This document shows positions 1 through 11,142 of a DNA stretch of 64,000 nt, one piece after another (the stretch's first letter is position 1; every line of letters begins with the position of its first letter). The translations under genes were made by a program, and so were the position numbers. The stretch covers positions 274,350,001 through 274,414,000 of the forward strand of contig OZ024742.1 of NCBI GenBank assembly GCA_964016885.1, in the 5' to 3' direction. The stretch comes from Eledone cirrhosa. Lineage: Eukaryota. The notes under the pieces were generated by a model that searched no databases, had not been told where the DNA came from, and saw only the letters and a program-made list of their open reading frames with translations.

Positions 1-99
1 CTTATTCAAAAACTATGAATATTGCTCAAAATATAGCAAAAATAAATAGTAAAAATCTTAATTTGAACTAACCTATAATTAGCAGTAAAATCCCCGGCA

Positions 100-160
100 T
101 ATGCTTTCTATTGTCCCCTTTTCTTGTGTGCCCTTGTGGCAAATAAATAAATATATCAAT
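100..160 (+). mobile_element. 3' terminal remnant of Tx1-like non-LTR element
   Basis: TTGTCCCC...GCCCTTGTGGCAAATAAATAAAT resembles the 3' end of the Tx1-like copy at 33830-33877. Confidence 0.45.
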
Positions 161-171
161 AACAATAATAA

Positions 172-942
172 TCGTTTCTACTTTTCGCACAAGGCCAGCA
201 ATTATCCAGTGCATTACTGGTACTTTATTTTATCGACCCCGTACGGATGAAAGGCAAAGTTAACCTCGGCGGAATTTGAACTCAGAACGGCAAGGGCCGT
301 AACTCTATGCGTCAAAGCATGGCGTCCGACCGTCTACCGATACTACCAACCCACCGCCCTTAACTAATGTATTGTTATCAATAACAATAATAATAACAAT
401 ACATTAGTTAATGGGAATAACAATAATAATAGTTTAAACACGAATAACAGTAGAACCCCTTTAATAATAATTGTTTCAACTTTTGGCACAAGGCCAGATG
501 TTGCCCAGCGTATTACTGGTACTTTATTTTATCGACCCCGTAAGGATGAAAGGCAAAGTTAACCTCGGCGGGGTTTGAACTCAGAACGGCAAGGGCCGTA
601 ACTCTATGCGTCAAAGCATGGCGTCCGACCGTCTACCGATACTACCAACCCACCGCCCTTAACTAATGTATTGTTATCAATAACAATAATAATAACAATA
701 CATTAGTTAATGGGAATAACAATAATAATAGTTTAAACACGAATAACAGTAGAACCCCTTTAATAATAATTGTTTCAACTTTTGGCACAAGGCCAGATGT
801 TGCCCAGCGTATTACTGGTACTTTATTCTATCGACCCCGTAAGGATGAAAGGCAAAGTTAACCTCGGCGGGGTTTGAACTCAGAATGGCAAGGGCCGTAA
901 CTCTATGCGTCAAAGCATAGCGTCCGACCCTCTACCGATACT
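172..942 (-). repeat. Tandem array (period 299 bp) of tRNA-derived SINE plus AT-rich spacer, ~2.6 units
   Basis: GTACTTTATTYTATCGACCCCGTAMGGATGAAAGGCAAAG recurs at ~220, ~519, ~818; SINE copies at 172-359, 471-658, 770-942; A-box (TGGTAGTATCGG) and B-box (GAGTTCAAA) on minus strand. Confidence 0.9.
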
Positions 943-1421
943 GAAGGTCTATAAATAACATTGAGAAGAAATACAATTGCAGAAAGAAGTCCGAATGTCC
1001 TGTACAAAATAATGCCTTGATAAGAATCTAGTATATAAATGTACCATTAAGTCAAATAATAATATATATAACTACATTGGTGCCACTTCATCTAAATTTA
1101 AGCAACGTTGGTATAATCATAGACAATCTCTCAGTAAATCAGACAAGAAATTTTCAACTTCACTTTCACAATTAGTATGCTCTTTAAAGGACAATAATAT
1201 TAAATACTCCATCTCTTGGACAAAATTAAAGATTGCTAATTCCTATCAGTATTCAACTATTTCGCAAAATTGCAATCATTGTAACCTTGAGACTCTACAG
1301 ATAATTACAAATTATGACAATATAATCAACCAAAAAAAATGAATTATTTAGTAGTTGTCACCATAAAATTGGTAAAACTTTCCAGGCAATGTACAAGTTT
1401 CGAACAAATATTGACAATTAA
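943..1421 (+). pseudogene. PLE GIY-YIG endonuclease fragment (C-terminal part of ORF, frameshifted)
   Basis: Manual translation: NCRKKSECP...NLVYKC...NYIGATSSKFKQRWYNH..S......TSLS.....LK......ISW...CNHCNLE...CHH; same motif series as 6625-7070 and 13810-14245. Confidence 0.8.
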
Positions 1422-2259
1422 TAATTTAAATATATATAAATTTTGCCTTATTGTGATAATAATTTATTGATATTTATATGTATTAGAATAATTTCATTAA
1501 GAGACTCGTTATCCTATGTTTTGATTAGGACAGTTCACTATTTAACTAGACAATAGATGATTTATGGTTTTGAAATATCGCTGGACGTGAGAGTAGACAT
1601 AAGTTTTAAATGTCTGTATATGTTGAACGAGTTATCTTGCTTTTGTTTACATTGTCCGTAAACATTTCTTTTCTTTTTGACTAGCTTGCTAAATTATATT
1701 AGATATGAAATATATAGATTTATAATATAAGACTATCATTAAAAGAAACTATATATCAAAATAATTAAATACAAAATTAAATATAACCTTTCATTAAATT
1801 AATGAAATAACATTTTTGAGAGTAAATATAACTGCAGTTTAATCATAGGAATATGAATTAAATGAAAATTAAAGAATAGTAAAGATTTTATAAAGACAAT
1901 ATCCTAATTAAATAAAATAATATGGGTAATAAATGATCTAAATATATTATATGTATTGATGGTGATATATGCATGGTATTATATTTTAATACATAGTTAA
2001 TAATTATTTAAATACGCTTTAAAGATTCATTCTTTTAAAGTTGTAACAAAATATTTATAGAATATCTTACCTTAAAATAAAAAATAATAATCTATAATCA
2101 GTTAAATTATATAAATTCTTAATTAAACTAAATATGTGATTGCTATAGAAAGTAATTTAATTAATCTGATTAATTTTGATATAATATATAAGTATTATTA
2201 GCTAAAGCATAATCAAATACAAGAGATATTCAATTGTTTATGTGAATTGATTAGAACAC

Positions 2260-3909
2260 TTAAGAGGTTAGAACACTTAAAGCTCAACAGTTTCAGGTTG
2301 CTATATATAATAGTTCCGATTTGTTCTGTAATTCAAAGGTACTATTTGGCGGTTAAAACACCGGCCGCGCCCCATGCCCCGCGACCAGCTCCGTGGCGAA
2401 CGAGCTCACCTAGAGTGCTTGGAAAAATAAATTTCCCCTTCTTTCAGTAAATGAAAATACTCGGCGTGGCTTAATTAGCCATGGGGCCTGGGGCGCGGCC
2501 GGTGTTTTATATATATAAACTATTATATATATCAACCTGAAACTGTTGAGCTTTAAGTGTTCTAACCTCTTTAATATGGAATATTGATTATTAATTTATT
2601 AATTTTTTAACTTCATCCTATAAGTCTAAACATTGTAACACACTGACCCCCAATATATTCACCTCTGCTAAGATGCGAGTCCCTGTGAAAATCGTGTCGC
2701 GCCACTCCTGGCCCGACTGTGGTGTGACATTAATATCGACCTTCCTTCCTCTCTCTTTCTATCTTCCTTCTTGTAGCTATCAACCATTACTCTTTTACTT
2801 CTCTAAGCTAAATTTTAAAGTTCCAACTTTCTGTCGGACTGTTGGGTGGGTTTTAATGGCGGCGCGACCAGCTCCGTGGCGAACGAGCTCACCTAGAGTG
2901 CTTGGAAAAATAAATTTCCCCTTCTTTCAGTAAATGAAAATACTCGGCGTGGCTTAATTCGCCATGGGGCCCGGGGCGCGGCCGCTGTTTTAACCGCCAA
3001 ATAGTACCTTTAAATTACAGAACAAATCGGAACTATTATATAATTAATTGTTAAACTGTTGCACTTTAAATTTTCTAACCTCTTTAATATTGAATATTGA
3101 TTATTAAATTTTTTTAACTTCATCCTAGAAGTCTAAACACTGTAAAACACTGACTCCCAATATATCCATCTCCGCTAAGATGCGGGTCCCTGTGAAAATT
3201 TTCTCGCGCCACTCCTGGCTTGACTGGTCTGACATTAATATCGACCTTTCTTCCTCTTCCTTTCTATCTTCCTTCTTGTAGCCATCAACCCTTACTTTTT
3301 CTCTCCTCTCCCCCTCCCTGCAGACTTATCTTCCTTCCCCCTCTTGCTTGCCTATATCTGACCAGTAGTAGTTACCTTCCTCTTTTAGCTGACATTAACC
3401 CTGACTTCTCTTCTTCTTTCTTCCCCCTTCTTCTCCTTCCTTTCTTTCTTTCTTTTACCTTGTGTCATGGGATCGACGTTAACCTATGCTCCCATCTCTT
3501 TCTGTTTTCGTTCATCTGACCGGTAGTAGCATACTATAAAATTTAGCCACGTCACTCCAAGGCGACCGGCTGAGGTTGAAGGAACAGAATAGCGGTCGCC
3601 CTCGGGTCTCGATTTTCAGCCCCATGGATTTTACCTATTACATTCACGTATTATATTTCGAATACCTGATGATATCACCGAATTCATACGGAACCGGTCA
3701 TTGAAATGATCATAGTATAATAAACCTTTCAAGGATTTACACAAATCCAGCCTCCTGTCATTTCATTATAATATTTAACTCCGTAATAGCACCACCAACT
3801 ACAAAAACAAAGACGGTTGAACTGCTTTACGTTGAGTACTCTCTATATTATTGCATTACGATTGACCATACGGAATAGACCAGCTCTATACAGTGGTTTA
3901 CCTCAAACC

Positions 3910-3912
<3 letters not shown>
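2260..3912 (+). mobile_element. Non-coding PLE-type/retrozyme-like element: inverted 5' segment, ~0.5-kb tandem duplication, 3' hammerhead, (TA)n junction
   Basis: 2260-2380 is the reverse complement of ~2963-3085; 2381-2800 is repeated at 2864-3300; hammerhead at 3662-3718; ends at (TA)n 3913; no RT/EN coding seen. Confidence 0.55.
3662..3718 (+). ncRNA. Type I hammerhead ribozyme (palindromic stem III)
   Basis: ATAC-CTGATGA-TATCACCG...CGGTCATT-GAAA-TGATCA-TA-GTAT; stem I ATAC/GTAT, stem III ATGATCAT, AUA triplet, two mismatches in stem II, followed by AATAAA. Confidence 0.75.

Positions 3913-3964
<52 letters not shown>
3913..3964. repeat. (TA)n microsatellite
   Basis: Perfect TA run. Confidence 0.98.
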
Positions 3965-3967
<3 letters not shown>

Positions 3968-4552
3968 GTGGTTGCCGACTCGTTTTCGCGTACGGCCACT
4001 AATTTATATCCATGTAGGAGAATCCCTACCGATGCGCCTAAACGAGGGTGACTTTTTAGTCCAGCCAGCGACTTGAAAACTCTGGTACAAACACTACACT
4101 TGTGACAATTATTGACACATAGTGCTGGGCCCATGGTACCATGTGATGACAAGTGCAGAGCGATCTCCAAATATAAAGCAATGCCTGTGCCGTGAAGCTT
4201 TTATAGTGAGCAAAGGCACTGCACAAAGCCAGTCCCACTCTCTTAACCAAGATGATATTTACCAAAAAGAAGAACAAGTCAACATCATTGGATACCATGA
4301 GGGTTGCAGGTGTTATATCAGAGTTTTCCTTCTCCTAGAATTCTGCCTTGACAAAGGCTAAGGGGTCATCTCTCCCGGTGATGTTTGATGGCCATTGACT
4401 CTTAAGAGCCCCTTTGCCCTTTGACAGGTTTTGTTTTTAGTCCTCCTCACCGAGAAACCTTGGTGGGGTTGCCAGTTTAGTCGCCAACGACCCGACCATG
4501 GGGCAGGTTGTAGTGGGATACATGTTACCAGTAGCACCAACTGTGGACCTGA

Positions 4553-4554
<2 letters not shown>
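3965..4554 (-). mobile_element. Short RTE-like LINE derivative (UTR-like head, C2H2-type zinc-finger tail, (TA)n 3' junction)
   Basis: Minus strand encodes CSVCTRVFKSLAGLKSH, like RTE-clade C-termini; a second copy lies inverted at 8089-8488; no RT coding. Confidence 0.45.
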
Positions 4555-4596
<42 letters not shown>

Positions 4597-4663
4597 CATA
4601 CATACTTATATACATATATATATATACATATATATTTATATATATATATATATATACATACAC

Positions 4664-4740
<77 letters not shown>

Positions 4741-4760
4741 TACACACATATAAACACATA
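4555..4760. repeat. Compound (TA)n/(CA)n microsatellite
   Basis: TA runs interrupted by CA. Confidence 0.97.
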
Positions 4761-7279
4761 TAAACACATATAAAATACACAAAGTGGAAAATTTAAGGAA
4801 ACAATCAAGATATGAAAAACCATCAAATATCATAAATTAAAATTAAGCAACATAAAATACAAGTAGAGAATAGTAACGTATAAGTTCTAAGTTTGAAAGG
4901 TAACAAAACGAAAGTAGGGTTGGGATGGGAGGGGGTGCGGGAGAGTGTGTTTAATGTTTAATGTCGATTCTGCTGTCATATGGGATCATCGTACAGGGGA
5001 AGAACTGGTCTATATGACTTGTAAGTTGCATACCGATCCCACCAAAGAAAGTGTACTTAAACACTCTTATTAGAAGGACCGATGAGTTCATCAAATGCAT
5101 TAGATGGAGATCCTTTTTGATCGACCACACTGATATAGCATCAACCAACAATGAGAAGTTCGGCTTTAAATCAATTAAGGCACCACCCACCAACAGTTTA
5201 CTTGAACCTTTTGAGGAAGTTCTCTTCAAAATGATCAAAAATATTAAATTCCGCAGAGTCAACATTCCATTCCTTAAGGGACAAAGTACAGGAAATGAAG
5301 AGTTCCCCGAATCTCCACGTCCCTTCCGACAAAACAAAACAAAAAAGTGGATGAAACAGTACTGAATGACACCAACTTAGCCGGAAAAAACATCGCCATT
5401 TCCCTTAAACTGGAAGATACGACTGAACGTCTGAGGGTAAAGGCCCCGCATGTTAACCTTAAGGACCACAAGTGAAACTTCACCAATAAACCATCGGTCC
5501 GGCTAATAAACCCCACAAAATACGACATAGGATCTGTCAGCAAGCAGATCTTGGACAGGATACTACCGACACTGCGTGCAGCCTCACCTCTCCCACTCTG
5601 GAATAGAACATCCGAAGCAATCTCACGGTTCCAAGAACTCCCTGACAAACACAACACCCGTGTCCTGCAACTTAACATTGAGGATTACTACGCCTCCATT
5701 ACTGAGTCCCTGCTGAAGGATGCAATTGCTTTCGCGAGAAATCTAACCACCATAACCGACGCCGGGCAGGATGTGATTCTCCATGCACGTAAGACCTTTT
5801 TGTACCATAACGGGTCCTACTGGATCAACAAAAAATCGGAGACTCCCTTCGATGTCAGCATGGGTGCTAGTGACTCGGCTGAGATTAGTGATCTGGTGGG
5901 CCTGTTTATCCTTAACTGGATGAAAACCCTCTTCACAGGCCTTACAGGCGGATTATACAGAGATGACGGCCTTTTGCCCTGCATAAAATTAACCCCCGGA
6001 CTACCGATGGGTTTCGGAAAAACCTTAATGCTCTCTTCAATAACCTAGGCCTCAGAATAATTATAGATTTGAGTTTAACTAAAGCCAACTTCTTAGATGT
6101 AACTCTCGATTTAGAAACCTCCCTTTATTATCCGGACCACAAACCTAACGAGTCCCTTAGATATATAGACGTTAACTCGAATCACCCCCAAGAACATCAC
6201 AGATAATTTAGTTAAAAGTGTCTCCCTTAGGATTTCTGGTCTCTCCGCCAATGAGGATATCTTTAGGGCCGGGGCCACCTATTACAACAAAGCCCTAGCC
6301 CGTAGTTTTTTTAAAGATAAGATCACTTATCTCAGAATAGAACCACGCCCACCCAGGAGGAATAGGAAGAGGCAAATTAGCTGGTAACCCCCCCCCCCCA
6401 TCCACACTTCAACCGCAAGGTATCTACACCTATAGCAAAAGATATCTTTACTCTATTGAACAAACATTTCCCCACCCAACATAAGTACTACACCATCTTT
6501 AATAAGAATACAATCAGACTCTCTTACTCCACTACACCAAATCTAGCTAGGAACTTAGCCAATATTAATATTACTAAGTTAAATAAGTCTACAACCTCCG
6601 AAACCTATCCCGGTACTGAGGTCCTGTGCAACTGCTGCGATAAGGCTGCATGCCCTTTCAGCAATAAATGCCTTACAAAGAATATTGTATACAAATGTGA
6701 TGACATCTCAGGCCCTGATGAAGAGAGAAAGACGTATATCGGGATGACCTCCAACAATTTAAGACCCGTTGGTACGCACACACCCATTCTTTTCGACGCT
6801 CGGATAAGTCCAACCAAACTGCACTCGCCGCCCATGTCTGGGACCTAAAAAGGAACTCCATCCCCTTTACGCTCAAATGGAAACTAATCCCGGGAGCGCG
6901 GTCTTACACAGGAGGCCATAATTGTTATGACCTTTGTATTTCCCAGAGTTACGAAATACTATTCGCCAAAAGACCCTTACTCAATACACTCTCAGTACAC
7001 TTCCTGAACTGCATGCACAAAAACTATGCAACTTACAAGTCATATAGACCAGATCTTCCCCCTGAACGATGATCCCATAAGACAGCGGAATCGACATTAA
7101 ATGTTAAATCCCCCACCCTCTCCCCCCTCCCATCCCAACCCTACCTTCGTTTTGTTACCTTTCAAACTTATAACTTGTCTACTTGTATTTTATGTTCCTT
7201 AATTTTAATTTATGTTATTTGATGGTTTTTCATATCTTGATTATTTCCTTAAATTTCCCCTTTGTGTATTTTTATGTGT

Positions 7280-7284
<5 letters not shown>
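4760..7284 (+). mobile_element. Penelope-like element with inverted 5' pseudo-LTR, inserted in (TA)n
   Basis: 4760-5032 is the reverse complement of 7025-7284; both outer ends run into (TA)n; RT-GIY-YIG coding between them. Confidence 0.9.
5033..7072 (+). pseudogene. PLE reverse transcriptase + C-terminal GIY-YIG endonuclease (frameshifted)
   Basis: ORFs 5051-5365, 5551-6048, 6456-6848: IRWR..KFGFKS, LKDHK..RLINP, FDVSMGASDSAEISDLVGL, GLYRDDGL, NFLDVTLDL, SNHP, CNCCDKAACP..CLTKNIVYKC..TYIGMT. Confidence 0.9.
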
Positions 7285-7337
<53 letters not shown>

Positions 7338-7340
7338 ATG

Positions 7341-7378
<38 letters not shown>

Positions 7379-7441
7379 CGTATATATGTGTGTATGTGTG
7401 AATGTGTGTATATGTATGTATATATATATATATATGTATAT
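7280..7441. repeat. Compound (TA)n/(TG)n microsatellite
   Basis: TA/TG runs. Confidence 0.97.
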
Positions 7442-7495
7442 AAAAGACGTAACATAAGAACATTTAAAAAAATTAACTCACTTACTAAAATTTTC

Positions 7496-7576
7496 ACTCC
7501 AACTAATTAGTTTCTGCAATGGGATAAAGACAGTTACGTAATAAACTGTCGAGAATTCATTGCGTCATCAGGGAGT
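7496..7576 (-). ncRNA. Type I hammerhead ribozyme with extended stem II
   Basis: Minus: ACTCC-CTGATGA-CGCAATG..GACAGTT..AACTGTC..CATTGCA-GAAA-CTAATTAG-TT-GGAGT; stem I ACTCC/GGAGT, palindromic stem III ACTAATTAGT, GUU triplet. Confidence 0.85.
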
Positions 7577-7867
7577 CTATTCTCAGCTAAGTCTCCAGGC
7601 AATGCGCGGACACTGGGGACTCATATAAAAATAATAATAATTCGGTAGATGGAACAGCTAGCGGGGACTGGATTCCATGCACTGAAAAGCTCGCTGCCAC
7701 TGGTCAAATGGCAGATTGTAAAGAATCAATCACGTGACACTGAGGCTAGTCGGTAGGAGTGGGATGGTAAGATGACAGAAGCCTACTAACACACCAATAA
7801 ATTATTAGTGGTTTTGGCAGGTGTGCTCGACAAATAAGTAATTTGGAGATAAATATAGAGAATTTAG

Positions 7868-8088
7868 TATATTTGTATATGTATATATATATATATATGT
7901 GTGTGTCAGTGTGTGTATGTGTATGTATATGTATGTATATGTATGTGTATGTGGACGTATATGCATGTACATATATATATATATGTGCGTGCATATATAT
8001 AAATATATATATATATATGTATGTGTATATATGTGTAAATGTGTGTGTGTGTATGTATGTATGTATATATATATGTATATATATATAT
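7868..8088. repeat. Compound (TA)n/(TG)n microsatellite
   Basis: TA/TG runs. Confidence 0.96.
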
Positions 8089-8488
8089 CCGGGAGAGTTG
8101 ACCCCTTAGCCTTTGTCAAGGAGAAGGAAAACTCTGATATAGCACCTGCAACCCTGATGGTTTCCAATGATGTTGACTTGTTCTTCTTTTTGGTAAATAT
8201 CATCTTGCTTAAGAGAGTGGGACTGGCTTTGTGCAGTGCCTTTGCTCACTATAAAAGCTTCACGGCACAGGCATTGCTTTATATCTGGAGATCTCTCTGC
8301 ACTTGTCATCACAGGGTACAATGGGCCCAGCACTATGTGTCAGTAATTGTCACAAGTGTAGTGTTTGTACCAGAGTTGTCAAGTCACTGGCTGGACTAAA
8401 AAGTCACACTCGTTCAGCGCATCAGTAGGGGTTCTTCTACATGGATATAAAGTAGTGGCCGTACTCGAAAACGAATTGGCAGCCACCA
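8089..8488 (+). mobile_element. Second (5'-truncated) copy of RTE-like derivative
   Basis: Reverse complement of 3965-4378; ends GCAGCCACC(ATAT)n. Confidence 0.6.
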
Positions 8489-8791
8489 TATATATATATA
8501 TATGAATATATAATTATATATATAAATGAAAGGTATAGAAAATATTGTAGCAAAAAGCCAACAGTATTCCATAATATATATGTGGCTATAGCGTCAAAAT
8601 GGGAAAAATAGTTAACGTAAGATGTGGGAAAAATAATTCAAACTCAACTCAAAAAGAATCAGGATATAGATTCATCCAACAGAATTTAGTGAAATCCAGG
8701 GAAAAATCAATAGAGCCTTAACTCATGATAAAATAAAGTTTAAAATACTCACCCTTCAATTTGGGACAACTACAAATGCTCTGTATAGTCG

Positions 8792-8916
8792 TATATATAT
8801 ATGTATATATGTATATATATATATATATATATATGTGTGTATATGTATGTATATATATTTGTGTGTATGTATATATATATATGTGTATATGTATATATAT
8901 ATATGTGTATATGTAT

Positions 8917-8947
<31 letters not shown>

Positions 8948-8979
8948 CATATGTGTATATATATATATATGTATGTGTA

Positions 8980-9030
<51 letters not shown>

Positions 9031-9146
9031 GTATATATATGTTTATATATATATGCATGTGTGTGTGTATGTATGTGTGTGTATGTGTGTGTATATATAT
9101 ATATATGTGTGAATATATATGTGTATATATGTATATATATATATGT

Positions 9147-9180
<34 letters not shown>

Positions 9181-9223
9181 ATTTGTGTAAGAGTGTGTGT
9201 ATATATATATGTGTGTATATATG

Positions 9224-9297
<74 letters not shown>

Positions 9298-9463
9298 AGA
9301 GTATTGAAGTTTGCTTGAAGCATTGTGGAATATTAAGGTATATTTCTTTAGGTCGTTTTGGAAGCCTCAACAATGCAGATGGGTAAATCTCCGTTGGTGG
9401 ATAGAGAGATGTAAGTGAATGTAGGTTGAGATGTGTAGTGTGTAGAAGAGTGTAGGAAAGAGC

Positions 9464-9509
<46 letters not shown>

Positions 9510-9554
9510 ATATATATATGTGTGTATATGTATATATGTACATATAAATGTATA

Positions 9555-9624
<70 letters not shown>

Positions 9625-9632
9625 TATGTATA

Positions 9633-9678
<46 letters not shown>

Positions 9679-9690
9679 TATGTATATGCA

Positions 9691-9769
<79 letters not shown>

Positions 9770-9905
9770 ATGGATATATATGTATATATGTAATTATGTG
9801 TATGTGTACGTGTATATATAAACACATGTGTGTATGTGTGTCTGTATATTTGTATTTGTATGTGTATATATGTATTTATGTGCGTATGGTTGTGTGTGTG
9901 TGTGT
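8792..9905. repeat. Large compound (TA)n/(TG)n microsatellite field interrupted by a 170-bp insert
   Basis: TA/TG runs 8792-9294 and 9465-9905. Confidence 0.97.
9298..9463. repeat. Unclassified dispersed repeat, inverted copy at 11712-11893
   Basis: GAGTATTGAAGTTTGCTTGAAGCATTGTGGAA... is the reverse complement of 11712-11893; both abut (TA)n at the same end. Confidence 0.8.
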
Positions 9906-10187
9906 GGGCGCGTGTGTGTTGGCATGTGTGCTTGTACTAATCTACCATTTCCACAGATGTTCGATCAACTACTTAAAATACCTTTTGTTCAAAATTGTAC
10001 TATAGAATATGGTAGTGTTTATTTCAATTGCAACTCACCACTAAACTTCATTCTCGAAATAAATTTTGTTTTTTCTAAGAATCCCCATCCTTTAATCCCA
10101 CCATGACCTCTACTATCCACCCCACAACCATTACCCTTCTCTTACCATGACAAAATGTATAAATACCAGAAATTTTCATTGACAGTC

Positions 10188-10238
10188 GGCTTTCTGATGA
10201 CTTCCTCCGAATGAAACAGTTCTTGTCCTGTAGAAGCC
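10188..10238 (+). ncRNA. Type I hammerhead ribozyme at the 3' end of a decayed PLE-like remnant (~9940-10247)
   Basis: GGCTTT-CTGATGA-CTTC.CTCC.GAAT-GAAA-CAG.TTCTTGTC.CTG-TA-GAAGCC; GUA triplet; (TA)n starts ~10 nt downstream. Confidence 0.85.
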
Positions 10239-10247
10239 ATTTCTAAA

Positions 10248-10409
<162 letters not shown>

Positions 10410-10669
10410 TGCCGAATTACCCGCACCTTTTTCTCTTGTAAGAATATGATGTTTGATCGAAGGAAAACCATTTTCAGCTGGGGTTTGTGCCCCCGGTAAA
10501 CCCTTTGATTAAAATGAAATATACTTATCTAAGTACAGTACACTGGGCAATGTAGTTTCAGAATATAAATGGTTATGGGTGTCTATCTCCCACATAGAGA
10601 GTAGTTCGTCATAGGGAGTAGTTCGTCAACAAACAAACAAACAATTAGACAGGAACAACAATTTTATAC

Positions 10670-10716
10670 ATACAGATACACACACACATACACACGCACA
10701 CACACGTTCACACGCA

Positions 10717-10797
<81 letters not shown>
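10670..10797. repeat. (CA)n-(TA)n microsatellite
   Basis: CA run followed by TA run. Confidence 0.97.
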
Positions 10798-10798
<1 letters not shown>

Positions 10799-10956
10799 AA
10801 ATTGCTGAAGAGATTCTTTCAGTGTAATACCAAAACATTTATTTATTTACAAAGTGGATATTTCCGCATTTAATAATGGTAAATGTTTCAGCATTATATG
10901 CATTGTCAACCGTGGATATGCTTAATATAGTTAAGTTCCATATTTATACAAATAAT

Positions 10957-11142
10957 TGTTTCTACTTTAGGCACAAGGCCAGCAAATATTCAGTGCATTA
11001 CTGGTACTTTTATTTTATCGACCCCGTAAGGATGAAAGGCAAAGTCAACCTCGGCGGGATTTGAACTCAGATCGTAAAGGGACGTAACTATGCTGGAAAG
11101 CATGACGTCCGACCCTCTACCGATACTGCCAATCCATCACCC
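10957..11142 (-). mobile_element. tRNA-derived SINE with target-site duplication
   Basis: A/B boxes, GCCTTTCATCCTTACGGGGTCGATAAAATAAAGTACC core; ATATTTATACAAATAAT duplicated at 10940-10956 and 11143-11159. Confidence 0.92.

Noticed and set aside
172-359. tRNA gene
   Set aside because: A/B boxes are present but there is no cloverleaf, and it continues into a SINE core and tail in about ten copies
172-942. CRISPR-like array
   Set aside because: Spacers are identical, the unit is 299 bp, the context is eukaryotic and no cas genes are present
1500-1660. Possible hammerhead downstream of the first PLE fragment (TAGATGA...GAACGAG)
   Set aside because: Both core boxes are non-canonical and no consistent stems I/II could be built
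5033-7072. Selenocysteine read-through as in some Naiad PLEs
   Set aside because: Domain order is RT then EN, and the disruptions are mostly frameshifts rather than in-frame UGA at Cys positions
9298-9463. Ribozyme in the GCATTGT...ACAATGC hairpin repeat
   Set aside because: No CUGANGA/GAAA or HDV core on either strand
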